8,312 bases of DNA. Origin: a virus (Duplodnaviria; Heunggongvirae; Uroviricota; Caudoviricetes). A program made the position numbers and the translations under genes. The notes under the pieces are model-generated. The model was not told where the DNA came from. It ran no database searches and was given only the letters and a program-made list of their open reading frames with translations. The stretch spans positions 1 through 8,312 of the IMG/VR virus record IMGVR_UViG_3300014770_000037; one strand, written 5' to 3'. Shown here piece by piece: positions 1 to 5,679 of this stretch (position 1 is the first letter of the stretch; the number at the start of each line of letters is the position of its first letter).

Positions 1-695
1 ATTGCACAAGGTTGGAACGATGAACAACTGATCGCTAACGCTGCTACAGGTGCTGCCGCTGGTGTAGGCGCTGCTACAGGTGCTGCCGCTGGTGTTACGC
101 CGATCGGACGTGCACCTTCAGGCATTGCAGGAGCCGCACCGAACACAGAGGCAGGAGCCGGACCGGAAATGATTTCTTCACCTGCATAAAGCAATTGCGC
201 CATTTCCATGTTGATATACACACCAGCCTGATTACCTGTACGACCGTTTGCAACAGATGATCCGCTGATACGGTAGTAATAACCTTTTTTCGCCAGATTT
301 TTATCAATAACTGGCTGGTACGCTGCGTTATAAACCGGACACGCGTCAATAGCCACGTTGCGTGAGAAACCAATTACCCAGTGACCAGCATAACCAGTTT
401 TACTCGCATGTTTCGGGTCGTCACCGTTAATAATTTTCCATGCGAAAGTAGGTTGTTGTGGTTCGCCATTCACATAGTGTGAATTAGCCGCTCGCATAAT
501 CGCCTGGAATACCGCACCCAGTTCACCTTGTTCTTCCCACCAGTTCGCCGCTGTTTTAGGAAACGCCAGACCAACCCACCAGTTGTGTTTTTCAGGTGCT
601 AACGGTTTGTTTTCGTGGTCATGGGTGTTGATATCGAAAAAAGAACCGCCAACCAGACGACCAACCGGAGTTACAAAAGATTCTTTCTGTGCCAT
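1..695 (-). CDS. putative phage ssDNA-binding protein (DUF2815-like), partial; C-terminal Pro/Ala-rich repeat linker; 3' end beyond window start
   Basis: Minus-strand ATG at 695-693 (cat on + strand) preceded by AAGAAGG (rc of 700-706), 15 nt after the upstream nuclease stop. The frame stays open for 231 codons to the window edge with no stop. Translation begins MAQKESFVTPVGRLVGGSFFDINTHDHENKPLAPEKHNWWVGLAFPK and ends in a linker TPAAAPVAAPTPAAAPVAA. Family call rests on the N-terminal pattern and on the position immediately downstream of a DUF2800 nuclease, the canonical DUF2800-DUF2815 pairing. Not in the ORF track because no stop lies inside the window. Confidence 0.6.
   Translation of the reverse strand, partial: MAQKESFVTPVGRLVGGSFFDINTHDHENKPLAPEKHNWWVGLAFPKTAANWWEEQGELGAVFQAIMRAANSHYVNGEPQQPTFAWKIINGDDPKHASKTGYAGHWVIGFSRNVAIDACPVYNAAYQPVIDKNLAKKGYYYRISGSSVANGRTGNQAGVYINMEMAQLLYAGEEIISGPAPASVFGAAPAMPEGARPIGVTPAAAPVAAPTPAAAPVAALAISCSSFQPCA
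39..98. repeat. 30-bp in-frame tandem duplication (2 units, 27/30 identical) encoding a Pro/Ala-rich linker
   Basis: Units 39-68 (cgctgctacaggtgctgccgctggtgtagg) and 69-98 (cgctgctacaggtgctgccgctggtgttac) read directly from the sequence. The period of 30 nt is 10 codons, so the reading frame is kept. On the minus strand it encodes roughly TPAAAPVAAP twice. Confidence 0.9.
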
Positions 696-710
696 GTTAT
701 TAACCTTCTT

Positions 711-1856
711 TTAAAGTGGACGTGCGCCAGTCGGCATCGTCACGGGTTTATTAAAAACAGATTCTGCCAGTGTGCTGTGACCTTTACGCGGGTCACTGTC
801 AGGTACTAAAACTGGCTGACCTTCTGGTTTTGTCGTACACATGTCAACAAGTGCCGGAGGCAGTGATTTTTCCAGTGTTGACAATGGTTTTAATTTACGT
901 TCGTACAATGTTTCAGGGTTTACACCAAACATGGGTGCAGCACCGATCAGTTTTCCTTCGTCCGTAAGCTGACGTCGGGTTTGTTTTGTTGCAAGTTTAA
1001 AACCCGGTAAAACTTTACCCATACGAACAAAATGTAACCCCTGAGTATGTAACGCTGTTTTTGCTTCAGAAGAACGCGTATACAGTTCTTCAAGAAGTGC
1101 CAGACGACGCGCTACTTCTTCTGGCGTAAGTGATGGTGGTGCATCAAGAACAGTAGCCAATTCTAAAACCCTCTCATACATCGCCGGACACATACCACGC
1201 GCCGGACAGTAATGACAATGACTACCAACATTTAAAGGTGCGTCTGGTTTATGTGCTTCGTTAAACCCGTGTTTAAATCGTTCAGCCCATTCCATCAATG
1301 TTGCCAGGTTAAACTCCCATCGTCTTACAGGTCCGAGTGGGTGATAAGCCCGTGGCTGAACAATTGTGAACACAACGCGCTTAACAGTGTCGATGCAACG
1401 TTGGTCCAGTGCATAATAGACCCCCTGTGAGTTATCAACTGCGTCAACTGCAACATGACCGTATTTATAATCCCATACATAAAGCGTATCAGTATTAAAG
1501 TCATACCAGCGATAATCACAGGTTCCGTACTGACCGGGTAACAACCAGTCAATGTGAATGCGAACTTCTGAAAACAGCGGATCAAGTTTCGCACCAACTG
1601 AAAGAACATCTGCTATAAAGTCATCCGCGTAAATGTGCATGTCTTCAGTAACCTGAACACCGTTAGGAGCAATACACGGCATTAATGGCTGTTTACCTTT
1701 AATCTTCTGTTCTAACACCCAGTGCCCGGCTGTACCTTCTTCAGCACTGGGTGATGATGGTTCTACATAATCAATCCGCTGTGACAGTTGAACGCTACCC
1801 GGACAAGCTAACCAACGTTTTGATCCACTGGCACTAAAGGTAGCGTGACTTGTCAT
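711..1856 (-). CDS. Cas4-like PD-(D/E)xK nuclease, DUF2800 family, with predicted 4-Cys Fe-S cluster
   Basis: 381-aa ORF. N-terminus MTSHATFSASGSKRWLACPGS matches the DUF2800 hallmark start (HA..SAS...RW..CPGS). PD-(D/E)xK-like core around VWDYKYGH. One N-terminal Cys (LACPGS) plus C-terminal C-x2-C-x5-C (GSHCHYCPARGMCPA, about nt 1187-1217) is the Cas4/AddB-type cysteine arrangement. Its ATG shares one nucleotide with the upstream gene's stop (TGATG at 1858-1854). Confidence 0.85.
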   Translation of the reverse strand: MTSHATFSASGSKRWLACPGSVQLSQRIDYVEPSSPSAEEGTAGHWVLEQKIKGKQPLMPCIAPNGVQVTEDMHIYADDFIADVLSVGAKLDPLFSEVRIHIDWLLPGQYGTCDYRWYDFNTDTLYVWDYKYGHVAVDAVDNSQGVYYALDQRCIDTVKRVVFTIVQPRAYHPLGPVRRWEFNLATLMEWAERFKHGFNEAHKPDAPLNVGSHCHYCPARGMCPAMYERVLELATVLDAPPSLTPEEVARRLALLEELYTRSSEAKTALHTQGLHFVRMGKVLPGFKLATKQTRRQLTDEGKLIGAAPMFGVNPETLYERKLKPLSTLEKSLPPALVDMCTTKPEGQPVLVPDSDPRKGHSTLAESVFNKPVTMPTGARPL

Positions 1857-2626
1857 CAGAATGCCCCACCCATTTGTTTAACAGATTCAGCCTGACCAAC
1901 AATGTTTTCAGCATCAGCCGGGGCCGCGTTAATGCGTTCAATCAGTTCGATGATAGATTTCAGTTTTACTGGGTCGTCAATCTGCATCACGTTCTGAGTT
2001 TCATACAGTCCCATGATTCGCTGACTTAATGGCGCGGCACGGTCACCCGTAATTTGTCCAAACATCTGCATTAGTGCTGACTGAAGAACCTGGGTATTAT
2101 AAACTTTAGCTGGATCCGTGGTTACAGGTTGCTCGACAGGCGCGACTGGTGCAGCCGGTGCTGCTGGTACAACTGGAGCTACCGGAGCGGCAGGAACCGC
2201 TGGAGCAGGATCAACAGGTGCTACATAACCCGGTGCAAGTTCTGCAGGTCCGGTATAACGCCCTGCTTCAACTGCTTCAGCAATAAGTTCACGTTTAACA
2301 CCGTCAACAAACGCTTCATCCAGTTTTTTCTTTTGACGCCACAGACCATCACCTTTGTTCAGGGATTTACTGTCAGTGTGGATACGTGGATCGTGGCGCA
2401 AACCCCATTTGTCGAACTCTTCAGTGCTGGTTTCGTTATCGTCAATATCTTCAGTTGTTGCTGATACAACAGGCAGTGATTCAGCAACGACTGTCACGGT
2501 TTCTTTAGTGATACCATCATCCTGAGCAGTCATGAGTGGTGCAGCACCAGTCGCAATAGCATTTGCCAGATTGTTGATCGCAGTTTCCAGACCCGGAGCA
2601 GTTACAAGTAATTTAACTTCGAACAT
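1856..2626 (-). CDS. hypothetical protein, two domains joined by a Pro/Ala-rich linker; function unknown
   Basis: 256-aa ORF, ATG at 2626-2624 with SD AAGAGGA about 8 nt upstream (rc of about 2634-2640). First gene of the leftward operon, directly downstream of a predicted promoter. Acidic segment TTEDIDDNETSTEEFDKWGLRHD, then linker PAPAVPAAPVAPVVPAAPAAPVAPV (residues about 126-166, nt 2129-2251), then a C-terminal domain of about 90 aa. No motif I can assign to a family. Confidence 0.75.
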   Translation of the reverse strand: MFEVKLLVTAPGLETAINNLANAIATGAAPLMTAQDDGITKETVTVVAESLPVVSATTEDIDDNETSTEEFDKWGLRHDPRIHTDSKSLNKGDGLWRQKKKLDEAFVDGVKRELIAEAVEAGRYTGPAELAPGYVAPVDPAPAVPAAPVAPVVPAAPAAPVAPVEQPVTTDPAKVYNTQVLQSALMQMFGQITGDRAAPLSQRIMGLYETQNVMQIDDPVKLKSIIELIERINAAPADAENIVGQAESVKQMGGAF

Positions 2627-2658
2627 TACGTTTTCCTCTTGTTGTTTGGTTATCGCTA

Positions 2659-2697
2659 ACTTTAAAAGGTGTTGTGTAATCTGTCAAGAATTATTTT
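2659..2697 (-). promoter_or_regulatory. putative sigma70-type promoter P1 for the leftward operon, with A/T-rich UP-like element
   Basis: On the minus strand: AAAATAATTC-TTGACA (-35, rc of 2682-2687), 17-nt spacer, TAAAGT (-10, rc of 2659-2664). Predicted start lies about 25 nt upstream of the ATG at 2626. The 15-mer GTCAAGAATTATTTT (2683-2697) recurs at 2747-2761 and, reverse-complemented, at 8054-8068. Confidence 0.45.
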
Positions 2698-2721
2698 TAC
2701 ACTCGCCTTTCGTTGATGCAG

Positions 2722-2761
2722 ATGTTAGAGGAATAAGTTGCAATACGTCAAGAACTATTTT
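2722..2761 (-). promoter_or_regulatory. possible second (distal) leftward promoter P2 carrying a near-identical UP/-35 element
   Basis: GTCAAGAACTATTTT at 2747-2761 is 14/15 identical to 2683-2697. On the minus strand it reads AAAATAGTTC-TTGACG (-35, rc of 2746-2751), 18-nt spacer, TAACAT (rc of 2722-2727). The -10 is weaker than in P1. Confidence 0.3.
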
Positions 2762-2766
2762 AAACT
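2738..2766 (+). promoter_or_regulatory. candidate rightward promoter for the helicase operon, overlapping P2
   Basis: TTGCAA (2738-2743), 17-nt spacer, TAAACT (2761-2766), about 37 nt upstream of the helicase GTG at 2803. Hexamer match only; it overlaps the oppositely oriented P2 element. Confidence 0.3.
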
Positions 2767-2802
2767 TTTTTCACGATTCGATATTAACTGAAGGAAAGAT
2801 AC

Positions 2803-4470
2803 GTGAGTCAACAACCACTTCGTCACTATCAACAAGATGCCGTTAACAACGTGCGCCAGGCATGGTCGAACGGTGCTGATGACGTGATTCTTGTACTTCC
2901 CACGGGTGCAGGAAAGACCCGAGCGCTTGCAGAACTGGTAAAATCCGACGGTGTAAAAGTCATCCAGGCACACCGTAAAGAACTGGTTAGTCAAATCGCA
3001 ATGGCTGTTGCTCGCCAGGGATTACCACACAGATTTATAGCGCAAAAAGATACTGTTAAGTTTGCAACTAATCAGCAGATGAAAACGCTTGGTTACAGTA
3101 CCTATTCCCCCGGCGCTGACATCGTTATTACCAGTTCACAAACGTTAAGAACAAAACAGTACGAACGATGGTACAACGACGTGTCTCTTGTATTCAGCGA
3201 TGAAGCGCATCACCTGGTACGTGGCACACAGTGGGGAGACTGCCGGGAAAAATTCCCTAACGCTAAAGGTCTGGGTGTTACAGCTACACCGATCCGTGCT
3301 GACGGTAAAGGCTTGGGTCGTCATGCGTCAGGTTACGCAGATCAGATGATCATCGGTCCATCAATGCGTGAGTTAATCAGCCAACAACACCTGGCTGATT
3401 ATCGCCTGATCATGGCTGAAACAGACCTGGAATTAACTGCAGAAATGATTTCCCATACTACGGGTGATTACAAACCCTCTGCGTTAAAAAAAGCGATGGA
3501 AGATTCAAACATCGTTGGTGATACCGTCAGTACGTGGAAAACGTACGCAGACGGTTTACTCACTGTTGTGTTTACGTGTGACGTAGATTCTGCTGAAGCA
3601 CTCGCAAAAGAATTTCGCGATGCTGGCATTCCTGCAGAGGCGATCAGCTCACGAAACAGCAATCAGGAACGAGCGGATATTCTGGAACGTTTTGAACGAC
3701 GTAAAACACTCGTGCTATGTAACAACGATTTATTCGGTGAAGGGTACGATTGCCCGGCGATGGAATGCGCTGTAATGGACCGTCCAACAGAATCTTACTC
3801 TTTGTTTGTACAACAGATGGGTCGACCATTGCGTTTCAAACCCGGTAAAAAAGCACTGATTATTGATAAAGTCGGTAATGTTCGTCGATTTCTGGCCCGT
3901 GGTTTTCCACTTCCCGATCAGCACTACAACTGGTCTTTAGATGACCGTGATCGTCGTTCATCTAACAGCAGTGGGAACAGTAATACAACATGTACAAACA
4001 AGGGTGATCCTGATAATGGTATTCCACCGTGTCTGAAGCCTTATCCGTCTGGTCTTCCGTGCTGCCCGTATTGTGGTCATATTCCTGAAAAAGCCGAACG
4101 CTCAGGCCCGGATCGTGTAGAAGGTAATTTACGTGAACTGACACCTGAAGAATTGGAAGAATTACGCCGGGCAGTGGTGATAATCGACCGTGACCCTGTT
4201 GCAGTAAAAGAACAAATGTTAAACGCTGGTGCACCCCCTATTGCAGCTTACAGTGCAATGAAAAACATTCAGGCAATGAACGATGCACAGCGTAAATTAC
4301 GCAGTATGATCACCACATGGGCGGGTATTCAGCGTGATAAAGGTATACCCGTTGATGACGCTTACAAGATGTTTTACAGGGTGTTTGGTGTTGATGTACT
4401 TAGCGCTCAGGGGTTACGTACTCGTGAAGCTAATGAACTCGCCGCAAGGGTTGCAAGTTCATTAATCTGA
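2803..4470 (+). CDS. superfamily 2 DEAH-type DNA helicase with C-terminal Cys-rich (zinc-ribbon-like) insert
   Basis: 555-aa ORF with GTG start at 2803 and SD AAGGAAAG at 2792-2799. N-terminal LRHYQQDAV (Q-motif-like), Walker A LPTGAGKT (nt 2902-2919), motif II FSDEAHH (DEAH at 3199-3210), motif III TATP, motif VI QQMGRPLR (about 3811-3834). Ser/Asn-rich linker followed by C-x12-C-x9-CC-x2-C-x-H (nt 3991-4080). Confidence 0.9.
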   Translation: MSQQPLRHYQQDAVNNVRQAWSNGADDVILVLPTGAGKTRALAELVKSDGVKVIQAHRKELVSQIAMAVARQGLPHRFIAQKDTVKFATNQQMKTLGYSTYSPGADIVITSSQTLRTKQYERWYNDVSLVFSDEAHHLVRGTQWGDCREKFPNAKGLGVTATPIRADGKGLGRHASGYADQMIIGPSMRELISQQHLADYRLIMAETDLELTAEMISHTTGDYKPSALKKAMEDSNIVGDTVSTWKTYADGLLTVVFTCDVDSAEALAKEFRDAGIPAEAISSRNSNQERADILERFERRKTLVLCNNDLFGEGYDCPAMECAVMDRPTESYSLFVQQMGRPLRFKPGKKALIIDKVGNVRRFLARGFPLPDQHYNWSLDDRDRRSSNSSGNSNTTCTNKGDPDNGIPPCLKPYPSGLPCCPYCGHIPEKAERSGPDRVEGNLRELTPEELEELRRAVVIIDRDPVAVKEQMLNAGAPPIAAYSAMKNIQAMNDAQRKLRSMITTWAGIQRDKGIPVDDAYKMFYRVFGVDVLSAQGLRTREANELAARVASSLI

Positions 4471-4511
4471 TGGTAATCTGCATAGAAATATTTTAAACGT
4501 AAGGAACTGTA

Positions 4512-5018
4512 ATGCGTGATTTGATGGTTGACATTGAGACGTGTGGTACTAAACCAGGTTGTGCAGTGCTGTCAATTGGCGCTGTTTACTTTGATCGTCA
4601 GGGTAACATTGGTGAAACGTTTTACGCATCAATGGGTTTTAATGCGCTCGCTTACGGTCACACAGACCCTGACACTATGAAGTGGTGGTCGCAGCAGTCA
4701 GAACAAGCACAAAAAGATGCTTTTGGTGGTACTGCCGATCCTGTTCAGGTTGCTAAAGATTTTGCCAAATTCATCTGGCACGATGCTAAACCGTGGGGCA
4801 ATGGTTCCACATTCGATATCACTATTCTGGAAGCATGGTTTAATGCGATTGGTGTTCGTTGCCCGTGGAAGTTCTGGAACGTCCGTGATGTTCGTACCGC
4901 TGTTGATTTGCTGGGTATTAACCCGAAAGAATTTACCCGTGACGGTACTTACCACAATGCGTTAGACGACTGTTTACACCAGATTAAATATCTTACTAGT
5001 GGGACTAAAACATTATGA
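4512..5018 (+). CDS. DnaQ-like DEDDh 3'-5' exonuclease
   Basis: 168-aa ORF, SD AGGA at 4501-4504, 7 nt before the ATG. Exo I-like MVDIETCG (D at 4530-4532, E at 4536-4538), Exo II-like GNGSTFDI, Exo III-like YHNALDD (H-x4-D). Stop overlaps the next gene's start (ATGA at 5015-5018). Confidence 0.85.
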   Translation: MRDLMVDIETCGTKPGCAVLSIGAVYFDRQGNIGETFYASMGFNALAYGHTDPDTMKWWSQQSEQAQKDAFGGTADPVQVAKDFAKFIWHDAKPWGNGSTFDITILEAWFNAIGVRCPWKFWNVRDVRTAVDLLGINPKEFTRDGTYHNALDDCLHQIKYLTSGTKTL

Positions 5019-5506
5019 CAACGCTTGAACAATGGGCGATTCGTCACGGTATTAGTCAGATGGCGTTGTACGAGTTATACGCGCTTTATCAGCCTGATGG
5101 AACACCACACGAAGACGGTGTAAGTGAAAGCGCCACCAGTAAAGAGTGTGAACTGATTGCGGCACGCGCAGGGCAACGTATCTGGCGTAATAACTCAGGT
5201 GCTCTGAAAAACGAAAAAGGAATGATGGTTCGTTATGGTCTTGGTAACACCAGTGCGAAAATCAACGCTGTTATGAAGTCAAGCGACTACATCGGCATTA
5301 AAACCAAAATCGTTACACCGGATATGATCGGTTCGAAAGTGGGTGTCTTTATTGCTGCCGAAATGAAACGCCCTGACTGGCACATGACCCCGAGTGACAG
5401 ACGTGCACAAGCACAGGCCACTTTCGGTGCGATTGTTGAAAACGCAGGTGGTGAATTTCGTTTCATCACTCATCCTTCACAATTTGAAAAATGGATTAAA
5501 CAATGA
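5015..5506 (+). CDS. VRR-NUC domain nuclease (PD-(D/E)xK superfamily)
   Basis: 163-aa ORF. VRR-NUC-like pattern RIWRNNSGAL ... VRYGLG ... SSDYIGI ... GVFIAAEMKRP, giving the D ... E-x-K catalytic arrangement. Translationally coupled on both sides (ATGA overlaps at 5015-5018 and 5503-5506). Confidence 0.85.
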   Translation: MTTLEQWAIRHGISQMALYELYALYQPDGTPHEDGVSESATSKECELIAARAGQRIWRNNSGALKNEKGMMVRYGLGNTSAKINAVMKSSDYIGIKTKIVTPDMIGSKVGVFIAAEMKRPDWHMTPSDRRAQAQATFGAIVENAGGEFRFITHPSQFEKWIKQ

Positions 5507-5676
5507 ATACTGAACGCATTAAACGTCTGCAAAAACTGATTGATAACCACGGTATTGAGGCTGTTGCTAAACGTCTGAACGTTACTGAAATTCATGTTAA
5601 ACGTAATCTGCTTACCGGGCGATCTGCTATCAACCTGGTCAAACTGATGGCTGCTGAACGTCAGTTCGGAGCGTAA
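5503..5676 (+). CDS. small 57-aa protein, putative helix-turn-helix DNA-binding protein (not in ORF track, below 60 aa)
   Basis: ATG at 5503 overlaps the VRR-NUC stop; TAA at 5674-5676 lies 3 nt before the primase ATG at 5680, so it exactly fills the gap between two confident genes with no stop in frame. Translation MNTERIKRLQKLIDNHGIEAVAKRLNVTEIHVKRNLLTGRSAINLVKLMAAERQFGA. The segment GIEAVAKRLNVTEIHVKRNL has a helix-turn-helix-like pattern. Only a weak SD (TGGA, 7 nt upstream). Confidence 0.5.
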   Translation: MNTERIKRLQKLIDNHGIEAVAKRLNVTEIHVKRNLLTGRSAINLVKLMAAERQFGA

Positions 5677-5679
5677 ATT

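Noticed and set aside
1-189. Plus-strand open frame (frame 1) reading IAQGWNDEQLIANAATGAAAG...PEMISSPA and ending at TAA 187-189
   Set aside because: It has no start codon before 166 within the window and lies wholly inside the minus-strand ORF that carries a recognisable N-terminal domain and a proper RBS at 695. The openness is explained by the GC-rich, low-complexity repeat. Kept as a caveat only.
95-373. Minus-strand 92-aa ORF from the six-frame track
   Set aside because: It is out of frame with, and embedded in, the longer minus-strand SSB-like ORF (1-695). It starts with a non-ATG codon and has no RBS or recognisable motifs.
615-1609. Track ORFs 615..809 (+), 770..967 (+) and 1325..1609 (-)
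   Set aside because: These are antisense or out-of-frame shadows inside the DUF2800 nuclease and SSB-like genes, with low-complexity translations and no RBS.
2129-2994. Track ORFs 2129..2464 (+), 2532..2846 (+) and 2755..2994 (-)
   Set aside because: They overlap the 256-aa gene, the control region and the helicase start on the wrong strand or frame. Their Cys/Arg-rich or low-complexity translations are typical of shadows of GC-skewed coding sequence.
3468-4234. Four minus-strand track ORFs inside the helicase gene (3468..3662, 3644..3829, 3730..3924, 3962..4234)
   Set aside because: They are antisense to a helicase ORF carrying all canonical SF2 motifs, and none has a credible RBS.
4698-5473. 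Track ORFs 4698..4955 (-), 4717..4965 (+), 5279..5473 (-) and 5287..5469 (-)
   Set aside because: They are embedded in the exonuclease and VRR-NUC genes, antisense or out of frame, with no motifs.
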